IMG/VR virus record: IMGVR_UViG_3300012862_000041
Span: 1-55,762 of that record
Source of the DNA: a virus
Taxonomy: Duplodnaviria > Caudoviricetes
Strand: one strand, 5' to 3'
Length of the DNA: 55,762 bases
Shown here: positions 17,431-25,842 of the stretch, one piece after another
How positions within the stretch are numbered: position 1 is the stretch's first letter
Layout of the letters: each line of letters starts with the position of its first letter
The notes under the pieces: model-generated
What the model saw: only the letters and a program-made list of their open reading frames with translations
Told to the model about the DNA's origin: nothing
Database searches by the model: none
Program-made: the position numbers and the translations under genes

Positions 17431-17735
17431 GCCGCAAGCTCTTCACCACAGATGAAATCAACCTGATCCGTGAATGCTGCGACAAGGGCATGACCTGCAA
17501 GGAAAGCAGCGAATTGCTCGGCAGGCCAGTAGAGTCGCTGCGCTCGCTGATGCCCAGGCTGGGGCTGAAATTCAAAACCGCAACCAACGCTGGGCGCAAG
17601 GCAGTCGAGGTCATTGCTCAGGATGCAAACGCATTTCGCCTGCCGCCAGCGAAGTATGCCAGCCGAACAGCGATGTTCTTTGGCGATCCACCTATTGGCC
17701 GCAGTGCACTCGATCAGAAGCAGGCTCGGCAGTGA
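17427..17735 (+). CDS. HTH protein with GcrA-like N-terminus
   Basis: FTTDEINLIRE...GMT.KE.SELLGR....LR....RLGL; C-terminal GDPPIGRSALD. Confidence 0.55.
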   Translation: MSRKLFTTDEINLIRECCDKGMTCKESSELLGRPVESLRSLMPRLGLKFKTATNAGRKAVEVIAQDANAFRLPPAKYASRTAMFFGDPPIGRSALDQKQARQ

Positions 17736-18082
17736 AACCAACAATCCAACAGACAAGGGCAGGGCGAATGACAGGCTTCATGAAAAAAGCAGGCGCATGG
17801 CTGATCGACGGCTTGCGCGGGTTCTATCCGGTGGCCGTGTGTCTATTCGGTGGCTTGATGATGATGGCGGCAGGCGCAGGCTTCGGACTGGCGGGCGTGG
17901 TCATTGCCATTGTTGCGTTTGCGTGGGCCACAGACCTCGCCGCCAGCAAAGCAGCCGCTAAGGCGAAGGAAGAAACTGCAGCCCTGTTCATAGCCAACTT
18001 GATGAGCGGCACGGACACCGAGTTGATCGTGACCTTCAGGGATTATTCCACCACAGCCCAGCCAGAGGAGAGGGAAGCGTGA
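17732..18082 (+). CDS. Hypothetical membrane protein
   Basis: GTGA overlap; two hydrophobic helices; start uncertain. Confidence 0.55.
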   Translation: MKPTIQQTRAGRMTGFMKKAGAWLIDGLRGFYPVAVCLFGGLMMMAAGAGFGLAGVVIAIVAFAWATDLAASKAAAKAKEETAALFIANLMSGTDTELIVTFRDYSTTAQPEEREA

Positions 18083-18288
18083 GCAAGTTTCTGCCCTTTA
18101 TCGCATTGTGCGCATCACTGGTCTTCTGCGCCTACTCGGTCGGTCACCATCACGGACGCGAACAGAGCGATGGCCTCGGCGAATTGGCCGCTGCCAACGA
18201 TCGCCTTGCTGGCAGCTACGAGAAGCTCGCCGCGCAGCTATCCCGCATCAACCACTAACCCTCCATCCCAGACAAAGAGACACCACCC

Positions 18289-18876
18289 ATGGCAAAAGGC
18301 CGTCCACGCAAGACCAATGTTCAGCGCACCAAGTCCGGCGCTATCAGCCGCGCCAAAGGCTCCTATCATGACAACGAAGATGGGATTGCGCTGCGCATGC
18401 GCGTCTTCGGGCTGACCGAGAAGGAAGCCCGCGATCAGAAGGCGGCGACCTATGTTGGTCGGCTCTGTCTCGCCGGGCATCGCAACAGCACCGATGGCAT
18501 CAGCCGCGACCAGTACGACGCTGCGCAGGCCTATCTTGAGGCGCACCAGAACTTCAAACGTGCCGTGAAGTCACCCGATGCTCTGGCTACCGGCAACGGT
18601 GGCGCCAGCGGTATGGAGGGTGCCGACTATGAGAATTGGTGCCAGCGGGCCGTAGCTAAATGGGAAGGTATCGAGGCTGCCATACGGACAGAGCAGGGTT
18701 TCCACGAGAACCGCGGCGCCAACATGTTCGCCGCAGTCTACCATCTGCTCGACCGCGATGAGCAACTTCCACACATGGTCGGCGATCTGCGGCTTGCGCT
18801 AAATGCAGTCGGGCATCATTTGGGGATTATAGCGCGCCCGACCAAAGCGAAGCAGGCATTGGGTGAGGCTGCGTAA
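18289..18876 (+). CDS. Putative late-gene regulator (Q-position)
   Basis: Last gene of the early-right operon before a promoter-terminator pair; function inferred from position only. Confidence 0.45.
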   Translation: MAKGRPRKTNVQRTKSGAISRAKGSYHDNEDGIALRMRVFGLTEKEARDQKAATYVGRLCLAGHRNSTDGISRDQYDAAQAYLEAHQNFKRAVKSPDALATGNGGASGMEGADYENWCQRAVAKWEGIEAAIRTEQGFHENRGANMFAAVYHLLDRDEQLPHMVGDLRLALNAVGHHLGIIARPTKAKQALGEAA

Positions 18877-18894
18877 TTGCGAGGAAGCGCCCCG

Positions 18895-19239
18895 CTAAGC
18901 GCGCTTCCTCGGACTTTCGGCACTAAATGGATCGATGCCGATATGCACTTCTTTGCCCTGAGCTGTTCGAAGCACCAGCTCAGCGCTCCCACCGATTGCT
19001 CGCATATAGCGAGCGATGGTAGAAAGCAGCATGTCGTCGCCCTTCTCGGTGCGGGACACATTGCTTTGTGGGATCTCGGCACCAGCAGCAACTTCGGACT
19101 GGGTGACCCCAGCTTCCTTCCGAAGTTCCGCCATGGCCTCGCCTGCCAGGCGCCGAGTTCTCTTGTCATCGAGGCGGTCCTGCATATCCTGCGGAAGATC
19201 CGCTCGGATATCACTCCAGGACGCCGCTCCTTTTTTCAT
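18895..19239 (-). CDS. higA: HigA-like XRE antitoxin
   Basis: LRKEAGVTQSEVA....IPQSNVSRTEKGDDMLLSTIARYMRAIGG. Confidence 0.85.
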   Translation of the reverse strand: MKKGAASWSDIRADLPQDMQDRLDDKRTRRLAGEAMAELRKEAGVTQSEVAAGAEIPQSNVSRTEKGDDMLLSTIARYMRAIGGSAELVLRTAQGKEVHIGIDPFSAESPRKRA

Positions 19240-19268
19240 CCTCATTTCTCTCCTTTTCGTAAGTGAGG

Positions 19269-19616
19269 CTATGCGGAAAGCCACCACTCATATCGAGCGT
19301 CTGCCTTAGCGATGAGCTTTTTATAAAACCGCTCGCTAGAAACGCCGCTCTTGTCGCCACCACAAATAATGACGGCATTCTGTTCGGGATCAAAAGCGAA
19401 GGCGACACGCCAACAGCCATCGGCTGCATCAACACGGATCTCTTTCATGTTGTGATATTTGGATCCGTTCAGCGTATCGACATTAGGTCGCCCCAATGTC
19501 GGGCCTTCATCCCTGAGCAAGTCGAACACCTCGCCCAGACCTTCCTTGACCGCATCATTCAACGCCCTAAACTCGGCGATAAATTCTGGGTGGAAGACTA
19601 CTTCATATACATCCAT
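19269..19616 (-). CDS. higB: HigB/RelE (Gp49-like) toxin
   Basis: GPTLGRPNVDTLNGSKYHNMKEIR...WRVAFAFDP...AVIICGGDKSG. Confidence 0.9.
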   Translation of the reverse strand: MDVYEVVFHPEFIAEFRALNDAVKEGLGEVFDLLRDEGPTLGRPNVDTLNGSKYHNMKEIRVDAADGCWRVAFAFDPEQNAVIICGGDKSGVSSERFYKKLIAKADARYEWWLSA

Positions 19617-19645
19617 GACACCTCCTGTTAGTGGAACATGCAGGG

Positions 19646-19723
19646 TTTATATCATTCAGTGCATATATCGTCAAGTGCATAAAAACTTAGTGGCTTGACG
19701 CCTCGTGCCAAATCACCCTAAAT
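19646..19723. promoter_or_regulatory. Back-to-back sigma70 promoters: higBA (minus) and late pR'-like (plus)
   Basis: Minus: TTGACG(19674-19669)-17-TATAAA(19651-19646); plus: TTGACG(19695-19700)-17-CTAAAT(19718-19723). Confidence 0.65.
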
Positions 19724-19759
19724 GCACGTAATGCGATTTTCAGACTATCGTCTGAACCG

Positions 19760-19794
19760 ACCCGCCAAGCGAAAGCCCGGCGGGTTTTGTCTTT
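19760..19794 (+). terminator. tR'-like intrinsic terminator
   Basis: ACCCGCC...GGCGGGT stem followed by TTTGTCTTT. Confidence 0.7.
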
Positions 19795-19964
19795 CAGGCC
19801 ATGGGCATTCTAACGATGGCCCATAGGCGGGCATACTCTTCTTCGAGCGCCTGTCTGCGGTAATCATCGGCAGGCCACATTGCGCGAGCGCGTTCCAAAC
19901 TTGGAATGAGCTCGACCGCTTCATGGGCAGCGCGCTCTTCGGTGTAGTCAAGAATTCTAGGCAT
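19794..19964 (-). CDS. Small antisense hypothetical protein (MPRILDYTEER...)
   Basis: 56-aa ORF converging on the terminator. Confidence 0.45.
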   Translation of the reverse strand: MPRILDYTEERAAHEAVELIPSLERARAMWPADDYRRQALEEEYARLWAIVRMPMA

Positions 19965-20125
19965 CGGTGGTTCCGGTCTTATTGACAATGCCACGGATAT
20001 GGGTGCTCGTCTCCGGGATTTCAAGTCTAACCCATTGATCCTGTTGACCAATCGGTCAGAATGTCTTTGCTCCATGCCCAAGCTTACCACCCTCAAGCCC
20101 GGGCTGAGCAACAGGTAAATCACTG

Positions 20126-20476
20126 ATGGCACTGAAGACCCTCAAGCCTCGCCTGTCCAAGATGCCCCCAAGGCTCCAGACAATGCGAGAGGTCAGGGAC
20201 ACACGCTACAGCCCAGACGCAACCGTGCGCGGCTGGTATCATTCGACCCGATGGCAGAGGCTCAGGCAGGCAGTGCTAGAGCGCGATCTATACACCTGCC
20301 AGCACACTGGCATCATCCTCACCGGCAAGGCGCCAGCGCCGACTAGCCCTGTCGTTCACCACAAGGTGGCGCACAAAGGCGACGAGCAACTGTTCTGGGA
20401 CATCAACAACCTCGAAGCTGTGTCGAAGGAATGGCACGACAGCGAGGCGCAATCACAAGAGCGGAGAAGCCAATGA
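20126..20476 (+). CDS. Terminase-associated HNH endonuclease
   Basis: YHSTRWQRLR..VL.RD.YTCQ...VVHH...H.GD..LFWD.NNL...KEWHD. Confidence 0.85.
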   Translation: MALKTLKPRLSKMPPRLQTMREVRDTRYSPDATVRGWYHSTRWQRLRQAVLERDLYTCQHTGIILTGKAPAPTSPVVHHKVAHKGDEQLFWDINNLEAVSKEWHDSEAQSQERRSQ

Positions 20477-21009
20477 CCTGCATCGTCGGTGTGGTGGAGA
20501 ACGGCAAGGTATGGATCGGCGGAGACAGCGCTGGCGTATCTGGCTATCACCTAGTGGTGCGAGCTGATCCGAAGGTATTCACCAACGGCGACTTTGTGAT
20601 GGGCTACACATCCTCGTTCCGCATGGGTCAACTCCTGGCACATCGCTTCCAGCCGCCCAAGCGGCACGCCGATCAGGATGTCTACGCCTATATGGTGACC
20701 AGCTTCGTGGACGCCTTGCGCCAGTGCTTCAAGGATGGTGGTTACGCGGGCAAGGACGGCGAGCGCGAGCAGGGCGGCACGTTTCTCATTGGATATGAAG
20801 GTCGGCTCTTCCAGATCGAAGATGACTATCAGGTCGGTGAGAGTATCGATGGCTATGCAGCCTGCGGTTGCGGCTCTCAGGTCGCACTCGGTGCTTTATA
20901 TCTGACGAGCCCAGGTAATCCGAAGGACCGCCTCTATGCCGCGCTCAAGGCTGCCGAGCACTTCAATGCAGGTGTCCGTGCGCCCTTCAAGATTGTCGAG
21001 CCAGCCTGA
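20473..21009 (+). CDS. HslV/proteasome-beta-like Ntn peptidase
   Basis: N-terminal (M)TCIVG...IGGDS, K.F, and GCGSQVALGAL...ALKAA. Confidence 0.75.
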   Translation: MTCIVGVVENGKVWIGGDSAGVSGYHLVVRADPKVFTNGDFVMGYTSSFRMGQLLAHRFQPPKRHADQDVYAYMVTSFVDALRQCFKDGGYAGKDGEREQGGTFLIGYEGRLFQIEDDYQVGESIDGYAACGCGSQVALGALYLTSPGNPKDRLYAALKAAEHFNAGVRAPFKIVEPA

Positions 21010-21014
21010 CCCGG

Positions 21015-21090
21015 CCGGGGGGGTGTCCAAAAGTCTGGAAGGCCTCGCTTTCCTGCACCCGCGTCCCCCTCACGCAGAGATTTTTTTGCT
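21015..21090. other. Putative cos packaging region
   Basis: G-run...CCCGCGTCCCCCTCACGCAGAGATTTTTTT between HNH/peptidase and terS, the usual cos position in HNH-containing phages; cut site not determined. Confidence 0.45.
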
Positions 21091-21131
21091 GGCTGAAAAA
21101 CGAAGGTGCGAACCAAGGCGCGTACTGACCC

Positions 21132-21698
21132 ATGAGTGATCCAAAAAGCGCCATTGATTGGGCCTCTATCCGAAAGGAATTTGAGGCGGGAAAGCAGAGT
21201 ATCCGGGCGATTGCCAAGTGGTACAAGATTTCCGACGCGGCCATTCGGAAGCAGGCCAAAAAGCATGGCTGGAAGGTTGCGAACCAGAAGGAAAGTTCGC
21301 AGTCAAAGCCAAGTGCGAACCGGCCAGCGGAAAGCGCAGCGCCGACAGAGGTGACGAAGGTCGAAGAGGTCATCAGCCGCGGGCGCAATATTGCCGACCG
21401 GCTGCTCGATGAACTCGGCGCCGAAACGCTCCACATGGGCGAGATGGAGGTGATCATTCAGATGAATGAAACCGACCCAGATCGTATCAATGCGCTGAAG
21501 CAGGCAGTGAGCCTGCCGACTAGGGCGAAGACATTGCAGACGATAGCTCTCGCTCTAAAGACGATGGGTGAGACGGCGACGGATGCAGCGAAGGGCAAAA
21601 AGGCTGCGAGACAGGCTCGGGCAGAAGAGGTGACGGCGGGAGGCAACAAGTTTGCCGCGCCGAGCGCGCCCAAGCTGGTGGTGGACAATAAGCGGTGA
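21132..21698 (+). CDS. terS: Terminase small subunit
   Basis: DW..IRKEFEAG..SIRAIAKWY.ISDAAIRKQAKKHGW; C-terminal GKK...KFAAP..PKLV. Confidence 0.8.
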   Translation: MSDPKSAIDWASIRKEFEAGKQSIRAIAKWYKISDAAIRKQAKKHGWKVANQKESSQSKPSANRPAESAAPTEVTKVEEVISRGRNIADRLLDELGAETLHMGEMEVIIQMNETDPDRINALKQAVSLPTRAKTLQTIALALKTMGETATDAAKGKKAARQARAEEVTAGGNKFAAPSAPKLVVDNKR

Positions 21699-23449
21699 AC
21701 TGGACAACGAGCTGCAAGGATTGGGAACAGCGCATTGTAGCTGGACAATCCCTCGTGCCGGTCGTGCCGCTGTTTCGGTCAGAGGCCGATGAGGCTCTTG
21801 AGGTCTTTAAGGCGCTTCGGATTATTGAGGCCGCTGGTCAACCAACGTTCGGTGACACTGCCGGTCAATGGGTGCTCGATCTCGTTGGCGCGATCTTCGG
21901 CAGCTACAACAGCGAGACCGGCGAGCGCCTGATCAACGAATACTTTTTGCTGGTCAGCAAGAAGAACGGAAAGAGCCTGCTTTCGGCTGGCATTATGCTC
22001 ACCGCGCTGATCCGCAATTGGCGCAATGCGAACGAACTTCTGATCCTGGCGCCGACGATTGAGGCTGCGCAGAACGCATTTAAGCCTGCGGCTGACATGG
22101 TGCGGGCAGATCCTGATCTGAATGCTGCCGATGATGGGTTCCTGCACATTCAGGACCATCTTCGCACGATCACGCATCTGGGCACGAAGGCCACTTTGAA
22201 GGTGGTCGCGGCAGACAGTTCGACGGTGGTGGGCAAGAAGGCCGGGTTTATCCTCGTGGATGAGCTTTGGGATTTTGGAACGAAGAAGAACGCTGACGCC
22301 ATGCTGCGCGAGGCGATTGGCGGTCTGGTGGCGAGGCCGGAAGGCTTCTTCATGTCGATCACCACGCAGTCGGATAAGCCGCCCGAAGGCGTGTTCAAAG
22401 ACAAACTGGACTATGCGCGAGGCGTTCGTGACGGGGAGATTGAGGACCGGAAGTTCATGCCGGTCCTGTATGAGTTTCCGCAATCCGTAATGAAATCAGG
22501 CGGGCACCTCGACCCTGCCAACTTTTACATGGTCAATCCCTACCTGTCCGCGACCTCTTGGGGGCAGGAATGGCTAGCTAATGAGTTGCGCAAGGAAACG
22601 GCAAAGGGGCCGGAAACGCGTAACGTCTTCTTGGCGAAGCACCTCAATGTGCAGATCGGCCTTGATACCCGGCTTAATCGCTGGCCTGGGGCGGACCATT
22701 GGACCGCCGCAGAGGATGAAGAACTGGCATCGCTCGATCATTTCGAGGCGCTGGCGCGTTTGCTGGAACGTAGCGAGGTCGTAGTTGTCGGTATCGACGG
22801 CGGCGGGCTTGATGACCTTTTCGGGTTTAACGTCTTGGGCCGCGAACCGAAGGAAACCGAGGTCAAGGTCGAGATCAATGGGGTCGTGACGACGCAGCGT
22901 ATGAAGCGCTGGCTGTCATGGTCACATGCGTGGTGCCACGATGGTGTTCTGGAGCGCCGGAAGTCAATTGCCACAAAACTGCGCGACATCGAGCGGGCGC
23001 GTGAGTTGACCATCCTGTCCGAGCCACTTGGCGATGTCGCTTCGATCATCGAGCACATCACCCGCATCAAGGACATGGGCTTGCTTGGCGGGGTGGCAGT
23101 CGACGCCTCCGGCCTGGGCGAAATGGAAGATGCCCTCGATGAAATCGGAGTGACGCAGGAAGCCGGCATTCTCGTTGCGGCGCCGCAGGGTGGCTGGATG
23201 ATGTCGAGCATCAAGGGTGCTGAGCGTCGGCTAGCTTCAGGGCTGCTCAAGCACTGCGGCGGCCCGCTGATGCAGTGGTGTGTTCCGAACCTGAAAATCG
23301 AGCCTACTGCAACCGGCGTCCGCGCCACAAAGCAAACTGCCGGTGACGCCAAGATCGATCCTGCCATGGCGATGTTTAACGCCGTAACCCTGATGAGCCG
23401 TAACCCGGTGGCCAAGAGAGCCGCCGAATACCAGCTGATCATAGTCTGA
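21695..23449 (+). CDS. terL: Terminase large subunit
   Basis: Walker A SKKNGKS, Walker B ILVDE, nuclease VVGIDGGG.DD and KIDP. Confidence 0.95.
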   Translation: MNWTTSCKDWEQRIVAGQSLVPVVPLFRSEADEALEVFKALRIIEAAGQPTFGDTAGQWVLDLVGAIFGSYNSETGERLINEYFLLVSKKNGKSLLSAGIMLTALIRNWRNANELLILAPTIEAAQNAFKPAADMVRADPDLNAADDGFLHIQDHLRTITHLGTKATLKVVAADSSTVVGKKAGFILVDELWDFGTKKNADAMLREAIGGLVARPEGFFMSITTQSDKPPEGVFKDKLDYARGVRDGEIEDRKFMPVLYEFPQSVMKSGGHLDPANFYMVNPYLSATSWGQEWLANELRKETAKGPETRNVFLAKHLNVQIGLDTRLNRWPGADHWTAAEDEELASLDHFEALARLLERSEVVVVGIDGGGLDDLFGFNVLGREPKETEVKVEINGVVTTQRMKRWLSWSHAWCHDGVLERRKSIATKLRDIERARELTILSEPLGDVASIIEHITRIKDMGLLGGVAVDASGLGEMEDALDEIGVTQEAGILVAAPQGGWMMSSIKGAERRLASGLLKHCGGPLMQWCVPNLKIEPTATGVRATKQTAGDAKIDPAMAMFNAVTLMSRNPVAKRAAEYQLIIV

Positions 23450-23467
23450 CCCGGAAGGGACACCCCC

Positions 23468-24079
23468 ATGACCATGAACCGAGCGTACAGCCTCCTTGAG
23501 ATCAAGGAGCTGGACGATGAAAAACGCCGTATCACCGGTATCGCCACCACGCCAAAGACTGATCGGGCAGGGGATATCGTGATGCCTGAGGGCGCGGTCT
23601 ACACCCTCCCCATTCCGCTGCTCTATCAGCACGACAGCCGCCAGCCGATTGGCCATGTCATCGAAGCCAAGGTGACCAAGAAGGGCATCGAGATTGTCGC
23701 CGAGATCGCCCAAGGCGTTCACGACGATATCGACAAGGCCTGGAAGTACATCAAGGCCGGTCTGGTGCGTGGCCTGTCGATTGGCTTCAAGGGCCTCGAC
23801 ATGGAGCCCATTCCAAATTCGTGGGGCGTGATCTTCGAACGTTGGGAATGGCTCGAATTGTCATGTGTGACGATTCCGGCGAACGCTGATGCATCCATTC
23901 AGACCGTCAAACAATACGACGCCGAGGCGCTGAAAGCAGCGACCGGTGCCGAACCTAATCCTGCCGATGACACACCCGCCGCGCCTGGCAACAAGGGCCG
24001 TGTCGTGAAGCTCGATGCTCCTGCCCGCGACCGGGCGAAACCCTTTGTAATTCGCTCAATCCGGAGGACTTCCAAATGA
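23468..24079 (+). CDS. HK97-family prohead protease
   Basis: PLLYQHD, GLSIGF, LELS.VTIPAN. Confidence 0.9.
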   Translation: MTMNRAYSLLEIKELDDEKRRITGIATTPKTDRAGDIVMPEGAVYTLPIPLLYQHDSRQPIGHVIEAKVTKKGIEIVAEIAQGVHDDIDKAWKYIKAGLVRGLSIGFKGLDMEPIPNSWGVIFERWEWLELSCVTIPANADASIQTVKQYDAEALKAATGAEPNPADDTPAAPGNKGRVVKLDAPARDRAKPFVIRSIRRTSK

Positions 24080-25452
24080 GCAAGATCGCAGAACAGATCA
24101 CTGCCTTTGAGCAGAAGCGCGCCGCACTGATCGCCGCAAACGACGCCATCATGACCAAGGCTGCCGAAGACGGCACCACGCTCGATGCCGAACAGAAGGA
24201 ATCCTTCGATGGCAACGAAGCCGACATCGTGGAAATCGACGATCACCTGAAGCGCCTTCGCGCCATGGAAAAGGCCAATGCGGCGACCGCTCGCCCGGTC
24301 AATGGCCTGTCCATGAAGGAAGGCACTGAAAGCCGTGGCCTTGCTGCTCCTATCGTTCTCAAGAAGGGCGACAAGGACGAGGCATTTGAAGGCCAGAGTT
24401 TCACCCGCATGGTCATTGCCAAAACCCTTGCGCGTATCGACGATATTTCAGCGGTGGGCATTGCCATGAAGCGCTGGGGGCAGAACAGTCCGCAGCTCGT
24501 GGAATCCATTAAGGCCGCTGTCGCCGGTGGTGGCACCGAAACTGGCGAATGGGGCGCCGAGCTGGTCCATATCGATCGCTATACCGGCGACTTTATCGAC
24601 TACCTCTACAGCCGCACCGTGTTCGATAAGTTGCCGCTGCGCGAAGTGCCAGCCAATGTGAATATTGCAGGGCAGGACGGCGCTGCGACCGGCTACTGGG
24701 TCGGTCAGTCCAAGTCCATTCCGGTCAGCAAGGCTGACTTCTTCGACGTCAACCTGACGCCGCTGAAGGTTGCCGCCTTGGCCGTGGTGTCTAAGGAGCT
24801 GCTGCGCGATTCCTCGCCGTCTGCTGAGCGCCTGGTGCGTGACGCCCTTGTCGAGGCCTCCGCTCAGCGTGTCGACCAGACGTTCCTCGGTACCGGTGCT
24901 GCTGTTGCCAATGTGTCCCCGGCCGGCATTCTAAACGGCGTTGCCGCCGGGAACAGCGCTGGTAGCGATATCGACGGTGTGATTGCTGACGTGAAGGCCC
25001 TTTATGCGCCGTTCATCGCTGCAAACAATGCCGATGGTCTCCAGTTTGTCACCACGCAGTCGCTGGCAAAGTCGCTGGGCCTGATGCAGAACGCTCTCGG
25101 CAATTGGGCCTTCCCTGGCCTGTCGGCCAATGGCGGTTCGCTTCTGGGCGATACGCTGGTCGCTGGTGGCAACGTCGGCGCTGGTGATCTGATCCTGCTC
25201 AAGCCGTCCGATATCTACAAGATCGGCGACCGTGGGGTGGAAGTGTCGCTTTCGACCGAAGCAGCAATCCAGATGGACAATGCGCCCGACGGCGCTTCGG
25301 ACACGCCGACGGCGAATGCCAGTGTGGTCTCGATGTTCCAAACGGATTCGGTGGCCATCAAGGTTGTGCGCCCGCTGAACTTCGCTAAGCGTCGTGCATC
25401 GGCTGTGACCTATATCGGCGACGCCGACTATGGCGCTATCGCCGGGTCGTAA
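24076..25452 (+). CDS. HK97-fold major capsid protein with N-terminal delta domain
   Basis: Coiled-coil N-terminus; WVGQ, LTPLKVA, SKELLRDSSP, SMFQTDSVAIK. Confidence 0.95.
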   Translation: MSKIAEQITAFEQKRAALIAANDAIMTKAAEDGTTLDAEQKESFDGNEADIVEIDDHLKRLRAMEKANAATARPVNGLSMKEGTESRGLAAPIVLKKGDKDEAFEGQSFTRMVIAKTLARIDDISAVGIAMKRWGQNSPQLVESIKAAVAGGGTETGEWGAELVHIDRYTGDFIDYLYSRTVFDKLPLREVPANVNIAGQDGAATGYWVGQSKSIPVSKADFFDVNLTPLKVAALAVVSKELLRDSSPSAERLVRDALVEASAQRVDQTFLGTGAAVANVSPAGILNGVAAGNSAGSDIDGVIADVKALYAPFIAANNADGLQFVTTQSLAKSLGLMQNALGNWAFPGLSANGGSLLGDTLVAGGNVGAGDLILLKPSDIYKIGDRGVEVSLSTEAAIQMDNAPDGASDTPTANASVVSMFQTDSVAIKVVRPLNFAKRRASAVTYIGDADYGAIAGS

Positions 25453-25472
25453 GAATATCTGACCGAATCGAG

Positions 25473-25503
25473 GTGGGCGGCCCTGTGCTGCCCGCTTTTT
25501 TTT
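25473..25503 (+). terminator. Intrinsic terminator after the capsid gene
   Basis: GTGGGCGGC-loop-GCTGCCCGC followed by T8. Confidence 0.75.
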
Positions 25504-25516
25504 GATGGAGAGCCCG

Positions 25517-25840
25517 ATGCGCGACATGATTGCCACGAAACCTCTGGTCTACAATTCCCGTCGGTTGCTGCCGGGTCAGCACTTCACGGTCAAGACCGAT
25601 CGGCATGCACGGCTATACGCTGCGCTGGGAAAAGCTCGATCTGCTGGCGATGTCGACGCTCCGCCTGTCGCCGTTGCCAAGAAGATCGCATCTCCCGCTC
25701 AGAAATCGACACCGGTGGACGGCAAGGCTGCGCTCGACAAACTGCGCGCCGACTATTTCGAGGTCGTGAAGAAAAAGCCGTACCACGGCTGGGATGCTGC
25801 TGAATTGCAGCGCCGGATTGACGAGGCCTTGGCCTCCTGA
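25517..25840 (+). CDS. Small head-module protein
   Basis: GGAG RBS; C-terminal helical motif KKPYHGWDAAELQRRI. Confidence 0.65.
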   Translation: MRDMIATKPLVYNSRRLLPGQHFTVKTDRHARLYAALGKARSAGDVDAPPVAVAKKIASPAQKSTPVDGKAALDKLRADYFEVVKKKPYHGWDAAELQRRIDEALAS

Positions 25841-25842
25841 CG

